From an uncultured Candidatus Saccharibacteria bacterium (GTDB lineage: Bacteria; Patescibacteriota; Minisyncoccia; Minisyncoccales; PEYH01): 37,170 nt of DNA. Each line of letters opens with the position of its first letter. Positions within the stretch are counted from its first letter, which is position 1. Below the pieces are notes generated by a model. That model had not been told where the DNA came from, did not search any database, and saw only the letters and a program-made list of their open reading frames with translations. The stretch covers positions 1-37,170 of the forward strand of contig CAZYBZ010000002.1 of assembly GCA_964646075.1 (NCBI GenBank), given 5' to 3'. Below, piece by piece: positions 7,465 through 16,332 of the stretch. The position numbers and the translations under genes were made by a program.

Positions 7465-8994
7465 ATGACTCAATTTACCCTATTAGCAGTGGGCTTCATT
7501 GCCGTTGTCTTGGGTTCAATCTTAGGATATCTAACTCGCCAGTCCATTGCCAGAAAGCAAATTGGCAGCTTAGAAGTAAGAATTCAAAAGAGAATTGCTC
7601 AAAGTAGGAAAGAAGCCGAAGCGATCGCGGCTGAAGCTAGCCGCAAATCTTCTGAGATAATCGAAAAAGCCAGAGAGGACGAGGAGCTTCGAAAAGGAGA
7701 GCTTCTTAAGACGGAGAGATTTCTTTTAAAGAGGGAGAATAATCTCCAAACAAGGATTGCTGATTTAGACGGGAAAGAGAAAAAAATTTATCAGAAAGCA
7801 GATGAAATTAAAGAATTAAAAGAAAGACTAGATTCTTTAGTAAGCCAAGAAATTCAAAAATTAGAGGATATTTCTCAACTTCGTCGCGAAGAGGCAAAAA
7901 AAGAACTTATGACGAGGGTGGAGCAAGAGTCTCAAAAGGACATCTTAGAAAAAATGCTTCACTTAGAAAAAGACGGAGAAGAGAGGTTTAAAATAAAAGC
8001 TAAAGAGATTTTAGTTTTAGCGGTTCAGAGGTGTGCTCTTCCCCAAGTTCAGGATATTACAACAAGCACGGTTTCCATCCCTTCTGATAAGATTAAAGGA
8101 AGGATAATCGGAAAAGAAGGAAGGAATATTAAGGCCTTTGAAAAGGCGACAGGGGTTGAGGTAATAGTTGATGAGACTCCTGGGGCGATAACTATCTCTG
8201 GCTTTAGTCCATATAGGCGACATGTTGCTCAAAAAGCGATGGAAAGATTGATTAAAGATGGCAGGATTCAACCAGCGAGAATAGAGGAGATAGTTGGTCA
8301 GATAGAAGAAGAGGCGAGTCAGCAGATGAAACAAGCAGGAGAAACAGCTATTTACGAGACTGGAGTTCTCAATCTTGAGCCAAAACTAATTGAGTTTTTG
8401 GGACGATTGCGTTTCAGAACCAGCTATGGACAGAATGTTTTGCTTCATTCTATTGAGGTTTCATTGTTGAGCGGAATGTTAGCCGAAGAAATCGGAGCCG
8501 ATGTTCGGGTGGCTAGAAAAGCTGGACTTCTCCACGATATTGGCAAGGCGATGGATCATCAGGTTCAGGGTTCTCATGTTGATATTGGTATTAAGATTCT
8601 AGAAAGATTCGGAACCGAGAAAGAAGTAATCTCTGCGATGAAGTCTCATCATGAAGAATATCCTTATGAAACCCTTGAGTCTCGTATCATTCAAACCGCT
8701 GACCAGATTTCTGGAGGTAGGCCTGGTGCCAGGAAAGACACTCTTGAGAACTATCTTAAACGATTAGGCGAGCTAGAAGGAATTGCTACTTCTTTCACTG
8801 GAGTTGAAAAAGCGTACGCTATTCAGGCTGGTAGAGAATTAAGGGTTTTTGTCAACCCTAGAGAGATTAATGATTTGGCGGCTCAAAAATTGGCTAGAGA
8901 TATTGCTGGCAGGATTGTTGAAGAGCTAAAATATCCAGGAGAGATTAAAGTTATTGTTATTCGAGAGAAAAGAGTGATAGAATATGCTAAGTAA
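7465..8994 (+). CDS. rny: Ribonuclease Y
   Basis: N-terminal TM helix, long coiled coil, KH domain (GRIIGKEGRNIKAFE) and HD domain (LLHDIGKA...HHE). Confidence 0.95.
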   Translation: MTQFTLLAVGFIAVVLGSILGYLTRQSIARKQIGSLEVRIQKRIAQSRKEAEAIAAEASRKSSEIIEKAREDEELRKGELLKTERFLLKRENNLQTRIADLDGKEKKIYQKADEIKELKERLDSLVSQEIQKLEDISQLRREEAKKELMTRVEQESQKDILEKMLHLEKDGEERFKIKAKEILVLAVQRCALPQVQDITTSTVSIPSDKIKGRIIGKEGRNIKAFEKATGVEVIVDETPGAITISGFSPYRRHVAQKAMERLIKDGRIQPARIEEIVGQIEEEASQQMKQAGETAIYETGVLNLEPKLIEFLGRLRFRTSYGQNVLLHSIEVSLLSGMLAEEIGADVRVARKAGLLHDIGKAMDHQVQGSHVDIGIKILERFGTEKEVISAMKSHHEEYPYETLESRIIQTADQISGGRPGARKDTLENYLKRLGELEGIATSFTGVEKAYAIQAGRELRVFVNPREINDLAAQKLARDIAGRIVEELKYPGEIKVIVIREKRVIEYAK

Positions 8995-9063
8995 ACTGAT
9001 TAGGACGGAGATAAGAATAAAAAGGTCGAGTCAAAAAGTATAAGTTAAATGAAAGAGAAAAAC

Positions 9064-9336
9064 ATGACAAAACAAAATTTAGTTGAAATTTTAGCCCAGA
9101 AGTCTGGCCTTTCTAAAACAGTGTCAGCAGAATTTTTGAACACTCTTTTAGACGAGATTGGCAAATCGTTGGCTAAAGGACAAGAGGTGGCCTTAACTGG
9201 TTTTGGTAAATTTTTAGTAAGCAAAAGGAAAGCTAGAACGGGGCGCAATCCTCAGACTGGTGCTTCCATTAAGATTGCCGCCACAACAGTCCCAAGATTT
9301 AAAGCAGGTAAGGCGTTGAAGGACACAGTGAGATAA
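9064..9336 (+). CDS. hup: HU family DNA-binding protein
   Basis: MTKQNLVEILA...GFGKFLVSKRKARTGRNPQTGASIKIAATTVPRFKAGKALKD. ATG 9064 gives the canonical 90 aa. The ORF-track start at 9049 is an alternative. Confidence 0.9.
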   Translation: MTKQNLVEILAQKSGLSKTVSAEFLNTLLDEIGKSLAKGQEVALTGFGKFLVSKRKARTGRNPQTGASIKIAATTVPRFKAGKALKDTVR

Positions 9337-9349
9337 GTTTTTGTAAATT

Positions 9350-9406
9350 AAAAACCACCCTAGTTTTTGTCGCTTTAAAGAAATAAAGCAACATTGGGTG
9401 GTTTTT
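9350..9406 (+). terminator. Intrinsic-terminator-like hairpin after hup
   Basis: AAAAACCACCC (9350-9360) pairs with GGGTGGTTTTT (9396-9406). There is an inner stem GCTTTA/TAAAGC, and T-rich sequence follows. Confidence 0.55.
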
Positions 9407-9518
9407 AATTTTTATTTTTAATCTGACAATCTGCTATTTGTTGCTTTAGAATTAAAAGAAGTAGAAACATATTCTTGAATTAAGAAGTTAAAAATAAAGA
9501 GTTCGTGTCTAAGGCTGC

Positions 9519-9592
9519 TGGAGCGGGTGAAGGGAATCGAACCCTCATCATTTGGTTGGAAACCAAAAGCTCTACCACTAAGCTACACCCGC
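9519..9592 (-). tRNA. tRNA-Gly (anticodon TCC), with encoded CCA
   Basis: The reverse complement reads GCGGGTG-TA-GCTT-AGTGGTA-GAGC-T-TTTGG-TT TCC AA-CCAAA-TGAT-GAGGG-TTCGATT-CCCTT-CACCCGC-T-CCA. Confidence 0.9.
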
Positions 9593-9697
9593 CTAATTTT
9601 ACTAAAAATTATATATTAATTTGACTCAATATGCAATAAAAGATGCCAGAGACATTCTATAGATCCACAAATGTTTAATATCTACTTTTTGTAAAAT

Positions 9698-9725
9698 TTG
9701 ACTTTAAATTAAAGATTGCTATAAT
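9698..9725 (+). promoter_or_regulatory. Promoter candidate, TTGACT(9698-9703)-16 nt-TATAAT(9720-9725)
   Basis: Read directly. Lies about 100 nt upstream of the membrane-protein ORF. Confidence 0.4.
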
Positions 9726-9828
9726 TAAGAAACTCGTTAAAAAATCTAAAAGTTGAATTAAAAAAATTTAAAAATTGGTTAATCGGGAAGACTTAATCAA
9801 TCGATTGTTTTATTATTAATTTATTTAA

Positions 9829-10485
9829 GTGGCGCAAAATAAAAATATGACAATACAGAAATTTAGCATAAGTGAAGCGATTCGCTTTGGCTGGGAAACA
9901 ACAATGAAGAATCTTGGTTTTTTTATCGGTCTTTTAGCAGCTTCATGGGCGTTTTTTATTGCTCTCTTTTTTGCCATGAGAATGGCCCTAGAAGTGAACA
10001 TTTTTTTAGGGGTTATTCTTCATATTTTCTATTATGTTTCGACAATAGTAATTTCAATGGGATTAGTCAAAATTGCTTTAAAATTTTATGATAACGAGAA
10101 GGGCAAATTTAGTGATCTTTTTTCCCAGTATCGCTTGTTTTTCAACTACCTCTTTGCTTTAATCCTCTATGCTTTGATTATTTGGGGCGGAACATTGCTA
10201 TTAATTATCCCTGGAATTATTTGGGGAATTAAGGTTTGGTTTTTTGATTACCTCGTTGTTGATAAGAAATTAGGACCAATCAAAGCTCTTAAAAAAAGCT
10301 CTGCCATTACCAAAGGATTTAAATGGGATTTACTAGGCTTCTTTTTCGTTGCCTTTGTCATTAATTTACTTGGAGTGCTTTTCTTGTTGATTGGTTTATT
10401 TGTGACTATTCCTGTGACAATGATGGCCACGGTTTTTGTCTATCGTAAGCTTTTGGCTCAAGCAGAAGCTACTCCAGAGATATAA
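9829..10485 (+). CDS. Hypothetical multi-pass membrane protein
   Basis: ORF track (GTG start; ATG 9847 is an alternative). Five to six hydrophobic helices and no catalytic motif that I recognise. Confidence 0.65.
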   Translation: MAQNKNMTIQKFSISEAIRFGWETTMKNLGFFIGLLAASWAFFIALFFAMRMALEVNIFLGVILHIFYYVSTIVISMGLVKIALKFYDNEKGKFSDLFSQYRLFFNYLFALILYALIIWGGTLLLIIPGIIWGIKVWFFDYLVVDKKLGPIKALKKSSAITKGFKWDLLGFFFVAFVINLLGVLFLLIGLFVTIPVTMMATVFVYRKLLAQAEATPEI

Positions 10486-10519
10486 AAAAGGTTGTCCCCT
10501 CTTTTAGATCTTCCTATAT

Positions 10520-10591
10520 TCGGGGCACCCAGACTCGAACTGGGATTAAATCCTCCCAAAGGACTCGTGCTACCAATTGCACTATGCCCCG
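10520..10591 (-). tRNA. tRNA-Pro (anticodon TGG)
   Basis: The reverse complement reads CGGGGCA-TA-GTGC-AATTGGTA-GCAC-G-AGTCC-TT TGG GA-GGATT-TAAT-CCCAG-TTCGAGT-CTGGG-TGCCCCG-A. Confidence 0.88.
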
Positions 10592-10743
10592 CTATGTTGA
10601 ATATTAGCGGATTTTTTTAGTTTTGTGAAGACTTTGGATAATTTCAGAAGATAATTGTGGGGAAAAATAAAGATTATTCTTTTTCTAGAAATATGCTAAA
10701 ATAAATAAGATTTTAGTTTAGAGATAAAAAAAGAGTTAATCGA

Positions 10744-10752
10744 GGGGGGGGG
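10744..10752. repeat. Homopolymeric G9 tract
   Basis: Direct reading: cgaGGGGGGGGGcttagacccc. The following CCCC (10759-10762) can pair with the G run. Confidence 0.9.
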
Positions 10753-10864
10753 CTTAGACCCCACTTAAAAATATTAACATCAATATCGTAAATAATCATT
10801 AAAATGCCTTAGGGGCTCTAGTAGGATAGCGTCATACAAGAATTTCTGTTTTTTACTTATTTTA

Positions 10865-10873
10865 TGCTATAAT
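10865..10873 (+). promoter_or_regulatory. Extended -10 element TGCTATAAT ending 7 nt before the ATG at 10881
   Basis: Read directly. The predicted +1 (about 10880) coincides with the start codon, which implies a leaderless mRNA. The -35 is weak. Confidence 0.45.
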
Positions 10874-10880
10874 AATTTTA

Positions 10881-11144
10881 ATGACTATTAACGAATTTAT
10901 TAAAGAAAGGTCACATTTGGTTTGGTATACTAAAAATTTTGATAACCTCTCTAAAGAATCGATTATAGAACACGTTTTGAATTATGGAGAATGGGAGGAC
11001 ATCCAAAAAATGATTTCTATTTTGGGAATTAAAAAAGTTTCTGAAATTTTCCAAAAAACTGCTTTTAAAAAAAGAAGCAATTATCATCCAAAAACAAAAC
11101 ATTATTTTAACCTCTATTTTAACAAATATGCAAAAGCTATATAA
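10881..11144 (+). CDS. Small hypothetical protein (87 aa), putative antitoxin partner of the AbiEii-like gene
   Basis: ORF track. It overlaps the downstream toxin-like gene by 17 nt. It does not resemble canonical AbiEi in length. Confidence 0.55.
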   Translation: MTINEFIKERSHLVWYTKNFDNLSKESIIEHVLNYGEWEDIQKMISILGIKKVSEIFQKTAFKKRSNYHPKTKHYFNLYFNKYAKAI

Positions 11145-11745
11145 AGAGGTTTTGACAATTGAGCAGGCAAAGTTATTACCTCTATTAAAAAAGTTTCCCG
11201 ATTTTGGTTTGGTCGGAGGAACTGCTATCGCACTCCAAATTGGCCATCGTGAATCTATTGATTTTGATTTATTTATATTAAAACCATTTGAAAATATTGA
11301 AATTAAGAGAAAAATTCAAAATATAGGAAAAATAGATAGAGTTATCCGAGATGAAAATAATCAATTTACTTTTTTATTGGGCACTGTTCAGTTTACTTTT
11401 TTCTATTACCCGTTTCAAATTAAATACGAGAAAAAAATTGACGATATTATTATGATGCCTACTCTTTTAACTTTGGCTACTATGAAGGCGTATGCGCTAG
11501 GAAGAAGAGCAAAATGGAAGGATTATGTTGATTTATATTTTATCATAAAGAGTTTTCATAAAATTGATGACATTGTCAAAAAAGGAAAAGATATTTTTGA
11601 AGGAGAATTTAGCGAAAAGCTTTTTCGAGAACAACTGTCTTATTTTAAAGACATCGATTATTCAGAAGAAATTGTATATAAAAAAGGATTTAAGATTAAT
11701 AATGAAATTATTAAAAAAGAACTAGTTGATATTAGCTTAAACTAA
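11128..11745 (+). CDS. Nucleotidyltransferase of the AbiEii/AbiGii (DUF1814) toxin family, short form
   Basis: LVGGTAIALQIGHRESIDFDLF (hGG plus DxD NTase core) and TMKAYALGRRAKWKDYVDLYFI (K..A...R....KD..DL motif). Confidence 0.72.
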   Translation: MQKLYKEVLTIEQAKLLPLLKKFPDFGLVGGTAIALQIGHRESIDFDLFILKPFENIEIKRKIQNIGKIDRVIRDENNQFTFLLGTVQFTFFYYPFQIKYEKKIDDIIMMPTLLTLATMKAYALGRRAKWKDYVDLYFIIKSFHKIDDIVKKGKDIFEGEFSEKLFREQLSYFKDIDYSEEIVYKKGFKINNEIIKKELVDISLN

Positions 11746-11813
11746 GGTTTAATAATCCCTAAATTAAATGGCGTCAGGACTGAACTATATTATCTAAAAA
11801 TTAAAGAAAAATA

Positions 11814-12761
11814 ATGAGTAATTATTTCTCCCAATTAAATATTTTTTCTCAGTGTAAGAAATACAATATTCCCCTTCGGCAGTGTCCTCAATTCCTTTTT
11901 GTGATTATGGGTTTTGGGATTATGCTTTTCAGTATCACTTTTTATACTATTGGCGAACGTCACGTGACAGATCCTAGAATGGTTGCGATTGCTGTTCTTT
12001 TGGTCTCTATATTCTTGATGATTATTGCTTTCACGATTACTCATAGTTTTGAGAATTTAGCTGAAGCTAATAGAATAAAGGCAGAGTTCGTTAATATTGT
12101 CTCTCATCAACTACGGGCCCCGCTAACTAATTTAAAGTGGGCGATTCAATCTTTATCCTCTGAGAAATTCAGTCAAGCTCTTTCTGATTATTCTACTGAA
12201 TATTTTGATGCGATTAAAGAGAATGGTGCTCGAATGGAAAAACTAATAGATGATTTGCTTATTATAACTCGTTTAAAAGAGAAGGGGGTCCGGGACAAAA
12301 AATCAAGTTTTTCTTTGGCAGCATTAACCCAAGAGGTTGTCTCAGAACATAAGTCATTTATCAAGGCCTCTAATTTAAACATAGACTTAAAGACACCCGA
12401 CGACCTTCTTGATGTTTTCGCCAGTCGCTTTCTTGTTAAAATAGTAATAGAAAATTTAGTTGGTAATGCCATCCGTTACAGCAAAGGAGGTGATAAGATA
12501 TTTATTGAATTAGAGGCATCAACTAAAAAAGTAAAGTTTAAGATAAGGGATCAGGGAATAGGTATTTCTAAAAAAGATCAAAAATATATTTTTCAAAAAT
12601 TTTTTCGCGCTCAGAATGCCGTTAAGAGAAAGGTCTACGGAACCGGTTTAGGGCTTTTTATTGTTAAATTAATTTTAGATGGCATAAAGGGAAAAGTTTG
12701 GTTTGTTTCTAAAGAAAAGGAAGGGTCTGCTTTTTATTTTACTTTACCGACGAGACAATAA
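11814..12761 (+). CDS. Sensor histidine kinase (intramembrane-sensing type)
   Basis: Two TM helices are separated by only about 9 residues. H-box FVNIVSHQLRAPL, N-box ENLVGNAIRYS, G1 DQGIGI, F FQKFFR, G2 GTGLGL. Confidence 0.9.
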   Translation: MSNYFSQLNIFSQCKKYNIPLRQCPQFLFVIMGFGIMLFSITFYTIGERHVTDPRMVAIAVLLVSIFLMIIAFTITHSFENLAEANRIKAEFVNIVSHQLRAPLTNLKWAIQSLSSEKFSQALSDYSTEYFDAIKENGARMEKLIDDLLIITRLKEKGVRDKKSSFSLAALTQEVVSEHKSFIKASNLNIDLKTPDDLLDVFASRFLVKIVIENLVGNAIRYSKGGDKIFIELEASTKKVKFKIRDQGIGISKKDQKYIFQKFFRAQNAVKRKVYGTGLGLFIVKLILDGIKGKVWFVSKEKEGSAFYFTLPTRQ

Positions 12762-12799
12762 TAAAATAATTAAACGATTATAATTAAATTATTAATATT

Positions 12800-13165
12800 A
12801 TGAAAAAAATTCTATTCATTGAAGATGAAGCTATTATCCAAAAAACATTAGGAGAATCTTTACGAAAAGAGAATTATGAGATACAGTCCGCGCTTGACGG
12901 GGAAATCGGTTTAAGGTTGGCAAAAAGCGAAAAACCAGATTTAATCCTCTTAGACATTGTTCTTCCCAAGAAAAACGGACTGGAGGTTTTAGAAGAATTG
13001 CACAAAGATGAGGCAACAAAAAACATTCCTGTTATTATTTTAACTAATTTAGAGAATGTCGGAGAAGTAGAAAAAGCCATTAAGTTTGGGGCGACGACTT
13101 ATTTAGTGAAAGCTAATTATAGTCTGGACGAGGTAGTTAAAAAAGTGAGAGAAGCGTTAGCTTGA
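12800..13165 (+). CDS. Single-domain (CheY-like) response regulator
   Basis: 121 aa, receiver domain only. E8-D9, D52 (LLDIVLP), T82 and K104 are all conserved. Confidence 0.9.
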   Translation: MKKILFIEDEAIIQKTLGESLRKENYEIQSALDGEIGLRLAKSEKPDLILLDIVLPKKNGLEVLEELHKDEATKNIPVIILTNLENVGEVEKAIKFGATTYLVKANYSLDEVVKKVREALA

Positions 13166-13258
13166 TTAACAGTGAGTTAAAACTTTGTTGACGCGAGTTA
13201 GAATATAATTAACATCAGGTTATTTTGCATCTATCTTGTATAAAGCTTTGAGTTAATC

Positions 13259-15040
13259 TTGTTTGAAATCTTAGGTAAATCATCTATGAAAATTGATCCC
13301 GAACAAATAAATACTTTTTTAGTAGATGCCGAGATGTTGACCGCTGACGAATTTACTAATGTCCAAAAAATCGCTAAAGAGAGAAATCAGAGCATAGAAG
13401 ATGTTTTGCTTATTAATAATTTTATCTCCCAGGAAGATTTAATGCGATTAAAAGCATATGTTACGGGAGTTCCTTTTGTTGATTTAGAAAAAACAGTTAT
13501 TCCTCATAAAGTTTTAGAGATTATTCCTGAGCCTATCGCTCGCTCTCACAATATAGTAGCCTTTAGAAGGCAAGAGAGGAATTTAGAGGTGGCGATGCTT
13601 GATCCAGAAAATCTCCAAACAATTGATTTTATAAAAAAGAAGTCAAATTTGAAGATTTTACCACGACTAACCACTGCCGAGGGAATTAAAAATGTTTTGT
13701 CCCAGTACAGGAAGACCCTAGGGGCTGATTTTAAAGAATTAATTAAAGGAGACGTAAGCGGGATAAAAGCAATTTCCTCAAAGACAAAAGATGGAGACAA
13801 GAGAGAGCGGTCTTTAGAAAAGGTAGCTCAAGAGATACCAGTGGTAAGGATAGTCGAGACTCTTTTAAAGCATGCTGTTTTGGACAGGGCCTCAGACATT
13901 CATATTGAACCATTAGAAAAAGAGGTAATGGTTCGCTACAGGATTGACGGTATTCTTCGGGATGCGATGATATTGCCAAAACAGATTGCCCCGGGTATTA
14001 TTGCTCGAATAAAAATTCTTGCTGATCTTAAATTAGATGAACATCGTTTGCCTCAAGACGGGCGTTTTAAATTTACAAATAACGGTGATAAATATTCTGT
14101 AAGGGTTTCTGTTTTACCAATTTTAGCTGGAGAGAAAGCGGTTCTTCGCCTCTTAGCTGAAGGCAGTAAAGGGTATTCTTTAGAGGAGCTTGGATTAAGA
14201 GGACAGGCGATTGAGTATGTTCAGGTGGCGATTAAAAAACCCACGGGCATGATTTTAGTTACTGGACCGACTGGCTCGGGTAAAACAACCACTCTTTATT
14301 CTATCTTGGAAATCTTAAATGTTCCAGAGATTAATATCTGTACAGTAGAAGATCCTGTTGAATACCGAATGCCTAGAATCAACCAAACTCAAGTGAGGAC
14401 TAATATTGGACTCTCGTTTAGCAATGGACTCCGATCTTTGCTTAGACAAGACCCAGATATTATTATGGTTGGTGAGATTAGAGATAAAGAGACTGCTGCT
14501 TTAGCAATTAATGCCGCTTTAACTGGGCATTTAGTCCTTTCTACCTTGCACACTAATGATGCAGCTGGCGCTATTCCTCGGCTTATTGATATGGGGATAG
14601 AACCCTTTTTGATTGCTTCTACTTTAAATCTAGTTTTGGCTCAGCGTTTGGTTCGAAAGTTATGCGATCAGAAGGAAGAGTATGAGATAAAGGGCGCGGA
14701 GACAGACAATCTTTTTAAACATTGTGATGAAGAGCGGATTTTAAGCGTTTTAAGAGAGGAAAAGCTAATTAAAGGCAGGCAAAAATTTTCTGATGTAAAA
14801 TTTTATCATCCCAAAAAAAATAAAAGCTGTCCAAATGGGTATAAAGGAAGGTGTGGGCTTTTTGAGGTTTTACCTATTTCTGAAAGCGTCAAGGAATTGA
14901 TTAGCGAGGGGGTTTTTTCTGCCCAAATTCAAAAAAGAGCCGTTAAAGAAGGAATGAGAACCATGATAGAGGACGGTTTTATTAAGGCAACTCAAGGGGT
15001 TACTACTATAGAAGAGGTTCTTAGAGTAATAATGGAATAA
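13259..15040 (+). CDS. pilB: Type IV pilus assembly ATPase (GspE/PilB family)
   Basis: GspE_N-like N-terminus, Walker A GPTGSGKTTT, Walker B IIMVGEIRD, His box LVLSTLHTN. The ORF track gives a TTG start; ATG 13286 is an alternative. Confidence 0.92.
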   Translation: MFEILGKSSMKIDPEQINTFLVDAEMLTADEFTNVQKIAKERNQSIEDVLLINNFISQEDLMRLKAYVTGVPFVDLEKTVIPHKVLEIIPEPIARSHNIVAFRRQERNLEVAMLDPENLQTIDFIKKKSNLKILPRLTTAEGIKNVLSQYRKTLGADFKELIKGDVSGIKAISSKTKDGDKRERSLEKVAQEIPVVRIVETLLKHAVLDRASDIHIEPLEKEVMVRYRIDGILRDAMILPKQIAPGIIARIKILADLKLDEHRLPQDGRFKFTNNGDKYSVRVSVLPILAGEKAVLRLLAEGSKGYSLEELGLRGQAIEYVQVAIKKPTGMILVTGPTGSGKTTTLYSILEILNVPEINICTVEDPVEYRMPRINQTQVRTNIGLSFSNGLRSLLRQDPDIIMVGEIRDKETAALAINAALTGHLVLSTLHTNDAAGAIPRLIDMGIEPFLIASTLNLVLAQRLVRKLCDQKEEYEIKGAETDNLFKHCDEERILSVLREEKLIKGRQKFSDVKFYHPKKNKSCPNGYKGRCGLFEVLPISESVKELISEGVFSAQIQKRAVKEGMRTMIEDGFIKATQGVTTIEEVLRVIME

Positions 15041-15062
15041 CTTTTTAAGATAACTTTATCTA

Positions 15063-16274
15063 ATGCCAATTTATAATTATATTGCTAAATCTTTCAAAGG
15101 GGAGGGAAAGAAAGGACAGCTAAGCGCTAAGAGCAAAGGAGACCTAGCCCGACTATTAAAGGCAAAGGAGTTTTTTTTGATTTCAGCCGAGCTAGAGGGA
15201 AAAGAAAAAAAGAAGATAGAATTTTCAATAAATTTTGGCAAAGTTTCTTTAGTTGAAAAATTAATGATGACGAAAAATTTACAAGTAATGGTTTCGTCAG
15301 GAGTTTCTTTGCCAAGAGCCTTAGAGGTTTTGATTCTCCAAACTAAAAATAAATATTTTAAAAAAATTCTTACTGAAATAAAAGAAGACGTTATCAAAGG
15401 GATGGCTTTGTCGGTCGCTGTTGCGAAATATCCTAAAATTTTTCCAGAAATTTATCACAGTATGCTTCGAGTTGGAGAGAAGACCGGTAAGATAGAAGAG
15501 ATGTTGGGTATATTAGCTCTTCAACTAGAAAGACATTATCAGTTAAAATCTAAAGTAAAAGGAGCAATGGTTTACCCAGCAGTTATTATCACAACCATGA
15601 TCTTGATTGGAATTGTGATGTTGGTGAAAGTTGTTCCTCAGTTAAGTCAAACCTTTATAGAGCTCGGAATAGAATTGCCAGCAATGACAAGATTTGTTAT
15701 CGGTTTGGGGAACATCTTTATTGAATATTGGTATTTAGTAATTCTAATTTTTGCTGGACTTCCTTTTTTGATTTTAGCCCTAGCCAGGACAAAGCAGGGC
15801 AAGATAGGTTTAGATCGTTTATTCTTGCGTCTCCCTATCCTCTCAGGCTTACTTAAAAAAATAAACTGCGCTTACAGTTCTTTGGCTCTAAGCGCAATGA
15901 TAAAAGGAGGCGTTCCTATTGTAACCGCTCTTGAAATTTCTTCTGGTGCTGTTAGTAACACCTACTTTAAACAAGCATTGCGGGTGTCGGCCAAGAAAGT
16001 TCAAAAAGGAGAAAAGCTTTCAACAGCGATGTCTGTCTTTCCTAATCTTTATCCACAGCTTTTTTTACAGATGCTTCAGATCGGAGAAGAGACTGGGGAG
16101 ACATCAAACATGTTGGCGAAATTAGCTGATTTTTTTGAAGAACAAGTAAATAATGCCACCAAAAATATGTCTGCTGTTATTGAGCCTCTCCTTTTGCTTA
16201 TTATAGGAGGGGTGGTAGGGTTTTTTGCCATTTCAATGATCCAGCCAATCTATTCAATAATGGGGGGGATGTAG
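15063..16274 (+). CDS. pilC: Type IV pilus platform protein (T2SS F family / PilC)
   Basis: 403 aa with the duplicated T2SSF architecture and hydrophobic segments. It lies immediately after pilB. Confidence 0.9.
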   Translation: MPIYNYIAKSFKGEGKKGQLSAKSKGDLARLLKAKEFFLISAELEGKEKKKIEFSINFGKVSLVEKLMMTKNLQVMVSSGVSLPRALEVLILQTKNKYFKKILTEIKEDVIKGMALSVAVAKYPKIFPEIYHSMLRVGEKTGKIEEMLGILALQLERHYQLKSKVKGAMVYPAVIITTMILIGIVMLVKVVPQLSQTFIELGIELPAMTRFVIGLGNIFIEYWYLVILIFAGLPFLILALARTKQGKIGLDRLFLRLPILSGLLKKINCAYSSLALSAMIKGGVPIVTALEISSGAVSNTYFKQALRVSAKKVQKGEKLSTAMSVFPNLYPQLFLQMLQIGEETGETSNMLAKLADFFEEQVNNATKNMSAVIEPLLLLIIGGVVGFFAISMIQPIYSIMGGM

Positions 16275-16332
16275 CATCTATTGAAATCAGATTTCAATAT
16301 ATTTCAAAAAATTAACTATTCAAAATTCAAAA

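Noticed and set aside
7404-7607. 67-aa forward ORF overlapping the start of rny
   Set aside because: It is out of frame with, and overlaps, the well-supported RNase Y N-terminal TM helix. It has a TTG start and no conserved features.
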